Shown: piece by piece, positions 9,084-19,574 of the stretch
How the letters are laid out: each line of letters begins with the position of its first letter
Numbering within the stretch: the first letter of the stretch is position 1
Source of the DNA: an uncultured Nitrospiraceae bacterium
Lineage (GTDB): Bacteria; Nitrospirota; Nitrospiria; Nitrospirales; Nitrospiraceae
Direction: 5' to 3'
Assembly (NCBI GenBank): GCA_963706325.1
Contig: CAVPLT010000004.1
Span: forward strand, 288,001-352,000
DNA: 64,000 bases
Notes under the pieces: model-generated
The model's input: only the letters and a program-made list of their open reading frames with translations
The model's database searches: none
Told to the model about the DNA's origin: nothing
Translations under genes and position numbers: made by a program

Positions 9084-12000
9084 TCAGCCAGCGGAATCAG
9101 GTTTTTCGACGACAGCGATGAGAATATGTCCGGAGAGCATACGCAGAAGTCTCGCTGGAGAAGGTGTGATTTGTGAAAGGCGCGCGTTGAGGGTGTCCTC
9201 TTCGAAGGTGTGCAATTGACCGATGCGAAGGGCTTTGCAGCACTGCGCCATGTGATTCAAGACCAGGCGGGTTTCCCCCGTGAACGCATCGCGACCCTCT
9301 TGTTGTACCGCAGACCGATATAAAAGACCCACATCTGCGGAGGGGGCGAAGGTGCTCACGACAAGTTTTCCACCCGGCCTGAGTACACGGAAAAGTTCAC
9401 GTAGTGCATGGAGGGGCGAAGGCGCAAAGCTGAGTGAGAGGTCCGCTACGATACGATCGAACGAATGGTCAGCGAAGGGAAGGGCTTCCGCAGATCGGCC
9501 GAGCACCCAACTCTGAGCTAAAGGGGTGGGGCCGGAAATCCGCCCCGAGAACAGTCCGTCCACCTGCTTCAGCGCGTCCTTTGTCGCAGACTGTGCGGCA
9601 TGAAGTGCCAAGGTGGAGAAGTCTACTCCGACATAGCGGAGTGGTCTCGCGTGACGCCACGTTTGAGCACGAAGGCGATAGGAAAGATTGAGCAAAAGTA
9701 GCCTTGCGAAGGAATGCATGCCACATCCGATGTCGAGAAGAGCTAGGCCTCCGTCCAGAGGTTGTGCGAGTTGGTAGAGCTGCTCGATATGTTGCCAATA
9801 GGTTGGTAGTTCTTCCAGGGCTTGAGTGAGATGTGTTTGCACGCTCCAAAGGCGATCCCTGGCTTCGGCGTTGACGAAATACTTGGCTCGGAGCCGGTCG
9901 CGTTCGAAGCGTGAACGAATGGCGATAGGCCTTGAGATGGAGAGGGGGATTGTTGCGGACGAAGGCGCGAAGTTGTTGGACGGCTGGCAGAGCTGCCGGA
10001 GACGTTGCCAACTCACCTCCAAGCCCTTCGGCGCGATGTCGCCGGCAGTCAAGATGGAATATGGTAGGCTCGCGCGGCGACCTTTTAATCCGAGTAGACC
10101 CATCGCATCGTTCAAGTGAATCGGTGAAGTTCCTGGTACCGTTGGTGCAGAAGCTTCGGGGTTGGCCGTGATAATCACGACCTCGGTTTCACAGTGCGTG
10201 AGATCACTACGTAGTGCGGTTACGTCCGTGTACTGTGCGGCAATGGCGTCAGTCAAGAAACGATCGATGTCTAGAGGAATTCCCAACAGATTGCCTATGC
10301 CGAATCGGGTTCCTGCTAGATGTTCTTGGATCAGATTACGTTCATGTAGTGCATCGAGACAATTCCGAAGGTCCAGAGTCGGATTGATCAGAATGAGCCG
10401 ACGAATCAATCGATGCCAGTCTTGACGTCGTAGCGCAATTCGCCCAAGGATGTCCGGCGCTACCATAGTCAGTGACGCCCCAGGCCACATTTTCTGCGTG
10501 AAGGCTAGGACGGTGTCGAGGTCGTCTTCCAGGGAGGTGAAGGTTGTCTGGGCTGGATCACCGTCGCTGAGGCCCAGATGGCAACTGTGGTCATAACGCA
10601 GAACTCGCAGCCCACCTTCTGCAAGAAGGTAGGCAAAGGCTACGTATGCCTGCTGAGTCATGCCATATCCCGAGCATAGGAGTACGATGGGAAGCAAAGT
10701 GGTCTGCGCTTGCCGGGGCGCGTCATGACACAGCGCGATAATGTGGCCCTCACGATTCCGCAATGCATGTGAGACCGTGATCACGGAACTATTGGCCGTC
10801 GGTTCGGCGAGATCGTGCGAAGGGCCGATCGCCGGCATAGTGATGCTTCGCAGTCTGTATTCCTGAGCAGTTGACAAATTCTCAAAACGCACTCCTAGCT
10901 GAAAACGTCCCTTCGATGCGGTCTCCGGGCGAGATGTTGTATTGATGCGCAGGATGCGCGTCCATATAACACGCGCGGTCCATAGGTCATCCGCCTCTTT
11001 TGAAGCCGGAGCGCCGATGGGTTGCGCGATTGGACCAACAAGAATTAATTGGATGATCTGATGCTCCGCCAGGGAGTCCAGGTGCCCGGACAATTCGAGG
11101 CAGGCTCCGTCTCGGCTGAGGTCCAAGATCAGGCCGGGCGGCCGATCCGACCGATTCTCCTCGATCGCAAGTCGAATGGGAATTGTAATCGCCAGACGAA
11201 CCGTTTCACGCCGGTCTTTCGGCATGTCACTCGATATAGGTACATTCTCATGCCCGTTCTTTACCGGTGAAAAGGGCGAAAGAATTAAGGCTTCGAAGCT
11301 CACCGAGGTGGAACCTTCTTGGAGTCCATCCAGAAGTGACTGCAGCACGTTTCGGTCACCGTCACTAGTGAGCGCAAATGATATGACGATGTCCTTGGTG
11401 AACTGCAATGTGGATTCGTCGGTTGTAGGAGGACGCTCATGCGCCATACCCTGAAGTTCCAGAAAGCTGACCGGTGTTTTGATGACCACATACGCCGGTT
11501 GCAAATGAACTGAGGGCGACTGGTCACGGAGCGTTAGTAGCGCTCCTCTTGTGCTCATGTTTCGAAGGACGCAGCGAAGTGTACTATTACCGATGGTCAG
11601 TTCAACGGGGAGCGATAGCAGGTGGCGCGGAAACCGACGGCGCTCACGAGTTGATACGGAAGGATTTGACGTATCAGCGGGGTACTGGCTGGTTCCAACT
11701 ATCGAAGCTTGTGTTCCAAGTTTGTCGAGACTGTCGGATGAGGTCAGCGTATCGCCGGCGGCCGGAATTCTAACCTTGATCGTCACTCCTTTGTCCGGTG
11801 TGCTCTCAATCTCGATGGCGCCCTTATGTGCATGGACGATCTGGTGAGCCCGCAGAAAATCCTCGGGCGATACGTCTTTGGCAGAGACGACGGATGGAAA
11901 ATTACTGTCGCTTGCGACGACTTGGATGGTGAAGCTGGCATAGGTGCGGGTGGTGTTCGGATCGGCGGCGATGACATCATGTGGCGTCCTTCTGCTATGA

Positions 12001-13283
12001 AGGACGAGTGGTTCGGTGTACAGAGTGAGCCAAGAGGATGTAGGCATTCCAGAAATGCAACGTTGAGCATAGTCGAGAAGAATTCGTGCGAGATCTTCGA
12101 CTGCCTCACGCGATCCTGTGATGACAGGGAGATCCTTAGCGAAGCGTGCCGTTAGCTGGGGGCCCTTGCCTTGTGATTCGCGTAGGGCAGACTGCATCAC
12201 CGCCTGGAGGATTTCATTGAGGATGAGAGGTTCATCTGACAACGGTTGTGCTTGAATAATCTGTACCAGCTGTTGGGTTAGTTGGTTGGCTTGCGAAGCC
12301 TGGGCGATCATGGTTTCTACATGCTGCTGGATTTTACTCTGCTGGATTGTGCTCAGCAGTCGTTGTGAGTCTTGGAGTAGAGTGGTCAGAGGCTGCTGGA
12401 GTTGACGTGATACCCTGGCGGCTTCCTGTGAGAGAGCGAGCTGGCAGTTGGTTTCTTGGAGTCTGGATTCCAACTGTGTGAGGCGGTCCTGCTGGGATTT
12501 TTCTTGTGAAAGATCACGTACCAACCCCACCGTGCCGATATATCGATGGGCATGGTCGAGCAATCCTTTGGCCGTAACCTCTACGGATACGACAGAAGGT
12601 GTCACATTTGGGGTCGATTTTCGATGCAGCGTGAGTTTAAACCTGCGCACGGAGCGGCTTCCGGCCCGGCGTTCGTTCACGCGAAAGCGTCCGGTAGCCT
12701 CCTCTTGCGGTGGAATAAGGATTGAGTAATGCTGGCCGGCAAGCTCCTCTGGTGTGTAGCCGAGCATTGCCGTCACGATGCCGCTGACATAGATAAAGCG
12801 GCCATCCTGGTCGAGCTCATATAAAAGGTCGTTCACGGTATCAATAAATCGAAGGTGCCGCTGAAAAGTGTGGTCGAGTTTCGCTTGCAGCTCGCGTTTC
12901 TCAACGGCCTCCTGGGCAGAGAAGAGCAACTCTGTGACAAAACCAGGTGAATTCTTAAACAGGAGGAAGTCTGCGCCGTTCTGCAAGGCTTGGATTGCCG
13001 TCTGTGAATCGCTCTGGTTTGTTTGAAGAAGGATTGCCGCATAGGGGGCATTGCGGCGGATACGAGCGATGATGTCGAGGCCGCTGTTGGGCTGCAAGTC
13101 CTGATCGATCAGGATGATCTGCCAGTCGGCTCGCTGACTAAAGGTGAGAGCGTCTTCTGAGGAGAAGCCGGCTTCAATGCGGCAATTTGCGAAGAAACCT
13201 CTTAAGCTGGAGGTCACCAGTTTGAGTTCGTCCGGATGTTCACTGATGAGCAGAATGTTTAATGACGATTCAGGACTCGGCAT
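9084..13283 (-). CDS. Multidomain signalling protein: REC-PAS-degenerate kinase-PilZ-PilZ-LuxD-like alpha/beta hydrolase-class I methyltransferase
   Basis: REC (ILIDQ), PAS (LGYTPEEL), RxxxR and N/DxSxxG PilZ motifs twice, SGYG...RYDHSCHLGLSDG LuxD-like segment, LLDIGCG...LRPGG SAM motifs. Confidence 0.8.
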   Translation of the reverse strand: MPSPESSLNILLISEHPDELKLVTSSLRGFFANCRIEAGFSSEDALTFSQRADWQIILIDQDLQPNSGLDIIARIRRNAPYAAILLQTNQSDSQTAIQALQNGADFLLFKNSPGFVTELLFSAQEAVEKRELQAKLDHTFQRHLRFIDTVNDLLYELDQDGRFIYVSGIVTAMLGYTPEELAGQHYSILIPPQEEATGRFRVNERRAGSRSVRRFKLTLHRKSTPNVTPSVVSVEVTAKGLLDHAHRYIGTVGLVRDLSQEKSQQDRLTQLESRLQETNCQLALSQEAARVSRQLQQPLTTLLQDSQRLLSTIQQSKIQQHVETMIAQASQANQLTQQLVQIIQAQPLSDEPLILNEILQAVMQSALRESQGKGPQLTARFAKDLPVITGSREAVEDLARILLDYAQRCISGMPTSSWLTLYTEPLVLHSRRTPHDVIAADPNTTRTYASFTIQVVASDSNFPSVVSAKDVSPEDFLRAHQIVHAHKGAIEIESTPDKGVTIKVRIPAAGDTLTSSDSLDKLGTQASIVGTSQYPADTSNPSVSTRERRRFPRHLLSLPVELTIGNSTLRCVLRNMSTRGALLTLRDQSPSVHLQPAYVVIKTPVSFLELQGMAHERPPTTDESTLQFTKDIVISFALTSDGDRNVLQSLLDGLQEGSTSVSFEALILSPFSPVKNGHENVPISSDMPKDRRETVRLAITIPIRLAIEENRSDRPPGLILDLSRDGACLELSGHLDSLAEHQIIQLILVGPIAQPIGAPASKEADDLWTARVIWTRILRINTTSRPETASKGRFQLGVRFENLSTAQEYRLRSITMPAIGPSHDLAEPTANSSVITVSHALRNREGHIIALCHDAPRQAQTTLLPIVLLCSGYGMTQQAYVAFAYLLAEGGLRVLRYDHSCHLGLSDGDPAQTTFTSLEDDLDTVLAFTQKMWPGASLTMVAPDILGRIALRRQDWHRLIRRLILINPTLDLRNCLDALHERNLIQEHLAGTRFGIGNLLGIPLDIDRFLTDAIAAQYTDVTALRSDLTHCETEVVIITANPEASAPTVPGTSPIHLNDAMGLLGLKGRRASLPYSILTAGDIAPKGLEVSWQRLRQLCQPSNNFAPSSATIPLSISRPIAIRSRFERDRLRAKYFVNAEARDRLWSVQTHLTQALEELPTYWQHIEQLYQLAQPLDGGLALLDIGCGMHSFARLLLLNLSYRLRAQTWRHARPLRYVGVDFSTLALHAAQSATKDALKQVDGLFSGRISGPTPLAQSWVLGRSAEALPFADHSFDRIVADLSLSFAPSPLHALRELFRVLRPGGKLVVSTFAPSADVGLLYRSAVQQEGRDAFTGETRLVLNHMAQCCKALRIGQLHTFEEDTLNARLSQITPSPARLLRMLSGHILIAVVEKPDSAG

Positions 13284-13665
13284 GAAAGATCTCAGGTCCT
13301 CACACAGGGGATATGATCGTGCGGTCCAGATGCTATTCGTGGCATGCCCAGCGTTTTGCCGTTCATCATTGACAGTTCGCCCTATTAGGGGGGACTGTAT
13401 GCTTAAAAACGGCTATTGGCGACATAAGTGGTTCAATATCATACAACCCCCCGAGATGCCCAGTCCGCTGCATGCGGGGACAATGTTACTTCGGTAGGGG
13501 AATAGCTTGTAATGGATTGAAGAAGGATCAGCGAGGGAGCTAAGCGCGCTTGGCTGAAAAATAGGTCAGCAGCCAGCTCTGAGCGATGAAGTCGCAAAGA
13601 CCAATATACGGGGGCATTGGCCCACTGCAAACTCTAGTCTGCCCCGGGCGCCGAGCAAGGCCTAT

Positions 13666-14667
13666 TTAACGGGCAGCGGTTGTGCTGGCAGGTTGTTGAC
13701 AGACGCCGGGAGTCATGTAGAGAAGATAGTTCCCCATTCCATAATGAATATTAGGGTTCTGCAAGGGGTGATGGTGAACCATGATCATTTCATAGTCGTC
13801 TTGTTTGGTGACCGCGAATCCTAAGTCATTTTTATACACTTGGTAAGGTCTAAAGTCGCGAAAGGTACCATCGGCATCCACGTCGGGAACGGTTCTGAGG
13901 AGGGTCTGGTTGGTAGTCTTATTCTCAAGCGCGACCATGAGGAGTTCATCGTGGCCGTGAGGGTAGGCGAATTTTACACATCCGTCCATGTTGAACTTCA
14001 GCGGCGCCGAAAGCACTGACACGCCCGGTTTAATTTCGATTCCCTCGTCGGTTTGATCCCCGCCTCGTTGACCGAACTTGCTGTAGCAGACGATATTCAC
14101 ACCCACTTGGTAGACATCCATCTCCTGTACTTTCGCGCCCCTCGGTGCCACATACATCGTGAACCGTGCCATTACGTCCTTCGTGGGTGGGGCCTTGTGA
14201 TAAAACGCGACCACGGACATCAGATTTTGACCTTTGCCCAGTTTCACGCCATATCCGTCCGGAAAGCGGGCTTCTGTCATCTCCAACCCCGCCCCGGCGA
14301 AAAACAACGGTTCCCCATCGCATGACACGCTGGGTTTGTCGTTATTCAACATGAGAATGTGATGGAGGTAGTTCTTCGGCAGCGGCTGGCCGTCCTTCGT
14401 GAATACTTCGGATTTATATCCGATCATGAACGTGTCGTCCGGCAACTGAAACACTTTTTTCGGCATGCTGGAGGCGAGATCGCCATCGTGCCCGGTCGGC
14501 AGATCAACCGGGCCGAACGTGAGGGTAACGGTGTGATCGTCGATGGTAATTTTGGTGTCGCCCGTACTGGGCATCGTAGGAATTGCGTGATGATCATGGC
14601 CGCCATCGGCATAGACCGCACTCGTGAGCCCTAGCAGGATCAGCATTGTCAGTAGCGCACGAATCAT
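13666..14667 (-). CDS. Exported His-rich protein, copper type II (PHM-like) monooxygenase candidate
   Basis: Signal peptide, HDHH, LHHI, YPHGHD, HHH, GMG motifs; GAGGAGG RBS. Confidence 0.55.
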   Translation of the reverse strand: MIRALLTMLILLGLTSAVYADGGHDHHAIPTMPSTGDTKITIDDHTVTLTFGPVDLPTGHDGDLASSMPKKVFQLPDDTFMIGYKSEVFTKDGQPLPKNYLHHILMLNNDKPSVSCDGEPLFFAGAGLEMTEARFPDGYGVKLGKGQNLMSVVAFYHKAPPTKDVMARFTMYVAPRGAKVQEMDVYQVGVNIVCYSKFGQRGGDQTDEGIEIKPGVSVLSAPLKFNMDGCVKFAYPHGHDELLMVALENKTTNQTLLRTVPDVDADGTFRDFRPYQVYKNDLGFAVTKQDDYEMIMVHHHPLQNPNIHYGMGNYLLYMTPGVCQQPASTTAAR

Positions 14668-14742
14668 AGCCCCTCCTCGTTGTAACAGACCGGCCGTCCG
14701 TGAAGTATATGTGAACCATGTCAGGGGAGTGTCGCCCGCGTG

Positions 14743-15645
14743 CTAAGGAGTTGGAGGCGGTGTGAGTCTTTTCCACAGGTAACTGCCACCGTGCTGCCGG
14801 GGCGGGATATGGTCCTTCGTGCCGACTCGAACATACCACCATATTCCCTTGGCTTGTGTGCCGTCTTCAGAAAGAACGATTTCAAATGCGCCTTCGCGGT
14901 CATTGCCCGTTTGTTTCCACGTGCCCTGCCATCGGCGGTCGTTATAGTTGGTGGTGGAGAATTGCCCCCCTTGCCAGGTATAGGGACCATTGCCTTGCGC
15001 ATTCAGAGTCGCAACGTATTTTTTATTGTCCTCGATCTCAGTGACTTCCCATTCTCCACTTAAATCCGCGCTAGCTTGAATGCCCGCTTGGCTGTCGGCG
15101 GCTCGATGAAGGAGCGTGGTCTTGTCGGCCGAGGCGATCCCCGAACGGGTGTCATGATGCCGGGTTGACTCATGCCAGGAGACGAGAATCCAGCGTCCAT
15201 CCCGTCGTTCCAGCACGCCGGTTTCGCGGAGTGGGAGTACCATCGGTTGATCGTCGGAATTGACGTGACGGATATAGTCCAATTCCATCGCAAACCAGGT
15301 AATTTCGCCGTTGCGCCAGAGTTGCAGATGCGTGATTGGGATATCCAGCTTGACGACGGAGTCGAATTCACTGCGCATGTCAGCCGCAAGGGCAGGCCAG
15401 CCCTCATATTTGCGTCCATCGAGCGTATAGCCGAGGGCGTCGGCATCGTGCGACATGTACTTCGACATCGTGGCAAGATCCCGTTCTGCATTGGCTCGCA
15501 CGAGCATACGCAACGTCGTTTCCGCGTCGAGAGGTTCGTCGGCAGACGCCGGAGAACCAAGCAGCATGCTGATCAGCACAACAAAAACAAGCTGGGTCCA
15601 GTGCGGGAGGAGGTCGGATTGATGTCTACGCAGCCGATTGTTCAT
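14743..15645 (-). CDS. Exported SnoaL/NTF2-like domain protein with C-terminal beta domain
   Basis: Signal peptide, RETGVLERRDGRWILVSWHES NTF2-like end; start uncertain. Confidence 0.65.
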   Translation of the reverse strand: MNNRLRRHQSDLLPHWTQLVFVVLISMLLGSPASADEPLDAETTLRMLVRANAERDLATMSKYMSHDADALGYTLDGRKYEGWPALAADMRSEFDSVVKLDIPITHLQLWRNGEITWFAMELDYIRHVNSDDQPMVLPLRETGVLERRDGRWILVSWHESTRHHDTRSGIASADKTTLLHRAADSQAGIQASADLSGEWEVTEIEDNKKYVATLNAQGNGPYTWQGGQFSTTNYNDRRWQGTWKQTGNDREGAFEIVLSEDGTQAKGIWWYVRVGTKDHIPPRQHGGSYLWKRLTPPPTP

Positions 15646-15712
15646 AGGCAGAAAAAATCGTCTCACTGAAATAAGCGCACACTCCAAAACTACCTGGTGC
15701 TCGGAGGTGCTG

Positions 15713-16513
15713 TCAATGTCTATTTGCCTGATCAACGCTCTCCGTGCTGGTGCAGGCCACCACGGTCACATTGTCGATTCCCCCTGCCTCGAGCGCCGCC
15801 GTGATCAGTGCTTCGGTACAGAGGGGGGGATGGTGTCGGTGGGGCAAGGCTGCCTGTAGAATGCGCTCGTCCGTCAACATTTTCGTGAGGCCGTCAGAAC
15901 AGAGCAGCAACAGATCGCCCTGGATGAGATCATAGGGGAAAACATCGCTTTTGATCGTGGGACCAACTCCCATCGCTCGAGTCAGCACATGGCGGTCAGG
16001 GTGATGAGCGGCCTCGTCTGGAGTGAGGCGTCCGTCGCGAATCCTTTCTTCGACCAGCGTATGGTCACGGGTCAGTTGGATGATCGTCTTGTCCCTGATC
16101 ACATAGGCCCGGCTGTCGCCGACGTTCACCACCACCAGACGGGGAGTGGGATGCTGGAGTAGATGCGCCGCGACCAACGTGGTTCCCATTCCCTGCAACG
16201 GTGGTTCGTGATCGGCGCGGGCAAGGATAGCGGCATGGGCATGGTCGACCATAGCGGTGAGGGGGAAGATGGCGCGTTCTTCCTCCGTGACATCAGATGT
16301 GGCCGTCCTCAGGGAGAGAGTGGGAGCAAAATCAGCGAGGGTGTCCACCACGAGTCGACTGGCGACGTCGCCTCCCGGTTGGCCGCCCATGCCGTCCGCC
16401 ACGACCCATAGCCGGTGACGGTTATCGACAAGGAAGGTATCTTGGTTGGAACGACGGACCAAGCCGCGATCCGTCTGACCATATGCCGTCCATTCCCACG
16501 TACTTGGGGTCAT
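15713..16513 (-). CDS. PP2C-family Ser/Thr protein phosphatase
   Basis: RxxNQD, VADGMGG, NVGDSRAY, CSDGL, GGIDNVT. Confidence 0.93.
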   Translation of the reverse strand: MTPSTWEWTAYGQTDRGLVRRSNQDTFLVDNRHRLWVVADGMGGQPGGDVASRLVVDTLADFAPTLSLRTATSDVTEEERAIFPLTAMVDHAHAAILARADHEPPLQGMGTTLVAAHLLQHPTPRLVVVNVGDSRAYVIRDKTIIQLTRDHTLVEERIRDGRLTPDEAAHHPDRHVLTRAMGVGPTIKSDVFPYDLIQGDLLLLCSDGLTKMLTDERILQAALPHRHHPPLCTEALITAALEAGGIDNVTVVACTSTESVDQANRH

Positions 16514-17295
16514 GCGCCTGCTATCCGAGAGGAAAGTAGGGATTGTGGGCCATATCGGGCGATTAGCCGATCAAACAAGCATTCCGCCAAGGGCTCAAGA
16601 TTTCGAGTGTCCGCGGCGTTATATCGAACGAGGAGGTCCAGAGCGGCTGCGTCGCCCGCCCGGTGTTGATGCCATAATCGAACTGCTTCCATTCCGTCGA
16701 GCTGATGCAGATCACATTCCCGGGTGATGTCCAACTCGCGTTCGATGTGTTTGAGTCCACCTTGCAGTCCCACCCGCCGCGCAGCGAAACACAAATCGAA
16801 GTGCGGAATTGATACTCGAAGCCCTTTGAAGTGAACTTGCAGGTACGGGATATCAAAGACGCTGCCGAAAAATGTGATCAACAAGTCGGCTTGATCAAGC
16901 TCTTCTTGAATCACATCTCGGGTCAAGGAGTCGCCCCAGATCAGGGTGCTCATTCGACCATTACGATACAGCCCGACGATGGTCACCTGACCGTCATGGG
17001 CGGACAGGCCGGTTGTTTCAATGTCGAGGTAGAGCGCCCGCGTTCCGAAGGTCCGATACAGACGCCAGTGGTCGCGAGCATGGAGGCAGCCGGCGAAATA
17101 CCGGGCATTCCGCCGATCGAGGTGTTCTTGAGCCGAAGCCAGGTCGGCGTCATACAAGACCTTGCGGGCAGCCGAAATTCCGGCCAATCGAGATTGTTGA
17201 CGGAAGGCCGCCCAATCGGGAATACCTTCTTCCCACAGTCGTCGTTCTGTGGAAGAACCGATGCCTTTGAGATGGACAAACGTCGAGGTCAACAT
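16510..17295 (-). CDS. YprB/RNase H-like exonuclease with N-terminal HhH
   Basis: KGIG HhH, LDIETTGL, FDIP, GGLK, YNAAD. Confidence 0.8.
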   Translation of the reverse strand: MLTSTFVHLKGIGSSTERRLWEEGIPDWAAFRQQSRLAGISAARKVLYDADLASAQEHLDRRNARYFAGCLHARDHWRLYRTFGTRALYLDIETTGLSAHDGQVTIVGLYRNGRMSTLIWGDSLTRDVIQEELDQADLLITFFGSVFDIPYLQVHFKGLRVSIPHFDLCFAARRVGLQGGLKHIERELDITRECDLHQLDGMEAVRLWHQHRAGDAAALDLLVRYNAADTRNLEPLAECLFDRLIARYGPQSLLSSRIAGA

Positions 17296-17420
17296 ACAGG
17301 TATTCCGACAAGCCTGGGCCGGATTGTAGCCTTGATTTCACGGGATAAACAAGTTAGAGTCCGCGACTGGTGCGGAGTTTCGTCATTCTATGCTCGATAT
17401 CACCGTGCACGCGAGGGGTC

Positions 17421-17831
17421 ATGACTACGAATGGAAGAATGAAACGTATTCGAATCAGCGTGGGCGGGGTCCATCTGGATGTTGAATTGAAAGGCACCCG
17501 CACGGCCGAGGAGATTTATCGAGCGCTTCCTGCTGAAGGACCGTTGAATGTCTGGGGGGAAGAGTTCTATTTTAAAATTGACGGCGTGAAAGACCATCGG
17601 GAGACGGCGACCACCCAGGTCAAAGTCGGCGATGTGGCATTCTGGGGCGCCGGGCAAGTGTTGGCGATTTTTTTCGGGCGCACCCCGATGAGCATGGGAC
17701 CGGATCCGGTTCCTGCAGACCGGGTCAATGTGGTCGGGCGGGTGGTGGGGGATGCGGCGGCCCTGCGTCAGGCCATGAACGCGAGCACCATCCGTGTGGA
17801 GCGGATTGAGCAGGAGTCGCCCGTTGGATAA
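17421..17831 (+). CDS. Cyclophilin-like fold protein (DUF369-like)
   Basis: WGEEFYF, GDVAFW, IFFGRTP motifs. Confidence 0.75.
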   Translation: MTTNGRMKRIRISVGGVHLDVELKGTRTAEEIYRALPAEGPLNVWGEEFYFKIDGVKDHRETATTQVKVGDVAFWGAGQVLAIFFGRTPMSMGPDPVPADRVNVVGRVVGDAAALRQAMNASTIRVERIEQESPVG

Positions 17832-17888
17832 TTGTCTGTGCTGCGGCACAGTTGTCCCTGGGGAAATTCTTGGAAGGACTGCGAATCG

Positions 17889-18170
17889 ATGAGGCTGGCC
17901 AAAGAACGAATTCGTCATATGGCTGAGGCGCTGATCACTCGGTTGCATGAACTTTCGTTTTTGGAAGTGACCGGAGATCGGAAGGCGCTTCGCGGAGCGT
18001 TGGAACAGACGATGACAGAGGAACTTGGGGTGGAAGATCGGTTGAATGCTGAAGTGCGCCGATTAATGCAGCCATACGAGCGGCAAATCGAACAGGGTCA
18101 AGTGGACTATCAGAAAATGTTCACCATGATTAAGCAGAAGTTGGTGCGCGAACGGGGTCTGATATTATAG
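17889..18170 (+). CDS. DUF507 family protein
   Basis: MRLAKERI...EDRLNAEVR...MIKQKLVRERGLIL pattern. Confidence 0.75.
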   Translation: MRLAKERIRHMAEALITRLHELSFLEVTGDRKALRGALEQTMTEELGVEDRLNAEVRRLMQPYERQIEQGQVDYQKMFTMIKQKLVRERGLIL

Positions 18171-18269
18171 GGGTGTGCGACCGGGATTGGAGCGGTGCAT
18201 GATGTTCCGTCGGTTGCTTGGGGCTCGCATAGCTCGCACCCTCCTGTATACCAAATAACGGTAGGAATT

Positions 18270-18545
18270 GTGATCAGCGACGACAAGGCCAGCCATCTCG
18301 CCCATCTTGCACTTGGAACATTTAAGAAGAGTGCGTTGTGCCGACTCATCGAGGACGACGGCAAGGTATTACGGGAGATTAAGCGCGTGGTGGCGGCGGA
18401 ACTAGTCTTAGAAGCGGAAACCGACAAAAAAGTTCGGGCTCGCTTGGCGTCCTATTCCAGGCATATTGTAGAGGGGAGTGCCGAATGGGATGTCATGTAT
18501 CGAAAAGCTTTTGAAGAAGAACAAAAAAAGCGCGCCAAACCGTAA
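18270..18545 (+). CDS. DUF507 family protein (second of tandem pair)
   Basis: ISDDKASHLAH...IVEGSAEWDVMYRK..EEE pattern. Confidence 0.75.
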   Translation: MISDDKASHLAHLALGTFKKSALCRLIEDDGKVLREIKRVVAAELVLEAETDKKVRARLASYSRHIVEGSAEWDVMYRKAFEEEQKKRAKP

Positions 18546-18585
18546 GATGCGCGACGAAATATCCTGACGAGGTTGAGGTTATGGT

Positions 18586-19026
18586 ATGAGATACACGTTG
18601 CTGATTTCTCTCGGTGCGGTGCTGCTGTTGTTCCCGGCCTGCACTCATTCCAAGCCGAAACCGCTGGTGCCGCTGGAACTCACCTCTGGAGCAAATGCCC
18701 AGGCCATTGCGCTCAATACCCAGGGCACGCAGGCGTTCCAGGGCGGCCAACTTGCTGAAGCCAAGAACTATTTTGCCCAGGCAATCAAAGTGGTCCCAGA
18801 CTCAGGCCAGGCGCATTACAATTATGCGTTGACCTTGAATGCGTTGGGCGAAAGCGATTCTGCTCGTCAACACTTTATTGAGGCGGCAAACTTGGCGCCG
18901 GGCGATAAGGTGATTTGGGACTCTCCCGCATTGCGGCCGTTCGGAAGCCCGGCACCCCCAAAGGGGCCGCCCAAGGAACATCCATATGGTACGAGAAAGC
19001 CGGATATCGGCACTGGGCCACGCTAG
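18586..19026 (+). CDS. TPR lipoprotein
   Basis: Lipobox-like FPAC, two TPR repeats. Confidence 0.75.
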   Translation: MRYTLLISLGAVLLLFPACTHSKPKPLVPLELTSGANAQAIALNTQGTQAFQGGQLAEAKNYFAQAIKVVPDSGQAHYNYALTLNALGESDSARQHFIEAANLAPGDKVIWDSPALRPFGSPAPPKGPPKEHPYGTRKPDIGTGPR

Positions 19027-19064
19027 CCGGATGATCCGACGCCTGTTCAGACGGAGAGAGGCAT

Positions 19065-19532
19065 ATGGCAGGTGACTTAGCAGTGGGCAAGAAGGCGCCG
19101 GACTTTTCTTTGCCGGATCAAGACGGCAGCATGGTGTCGCTGAAGAGTCTCAAGGGCAAGCAGATCGTGCTGTATTTTTATCCCAAGGACAATACTTCCG
19201 GCTGTACAAAGCAGGCGTGCGACTTCCGGGACTCCCTCGCACCGATCAAGAAAACAGGGGCAGTTGTGCTCGGAGTCAGCACGGATGGGAAAGGGTCGCA
19301 CCAGAAGTTTATCGCGAAGTATGGGCTTCCCTTTGCACTGCTAAGCGATGAGGATGCGGCCACGTCCAAGGCGTACGGGGTCTATAAAGAGAAAAGCATG
19401 TATGGCCGGAAGTACTGGGGTATTGAGCGGAGCACTTTCGTGATCGATGCTACTGGACGACTGAAGGCCTTGTTCAGGAAGGTGAAGGTGCCTGGCCATG
19501 TCGACGAAGTGCTGGCGGTGCTCGAGGCCTAA
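19065..19532 (+). CDS. bcp: Peroxiredoxin Bcp/PrxQ
   Basis: YFYPKDNTSGCTKQAC, ERSTFVID. Confidence 0.93.
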   Translation: MAGDLAVGKKAPDFSLPDQDGSMVSLKSLKGKQIVLYFYPKDNTSGCTKQACDFRDSLAPIKKTGAVVLGVSTDGKGSHQKFIAKYGLPFALLSDEDAATSKAYGVYKEKSMYGRKYWGIERSTFVIDATGRLKALFRKVKVPGHVDEVLAVLEA

Positions 19533-19574
19533 CAAGGCGGTCTGCGAGGCAGCCTTGCATCGCCTTGACCATTG

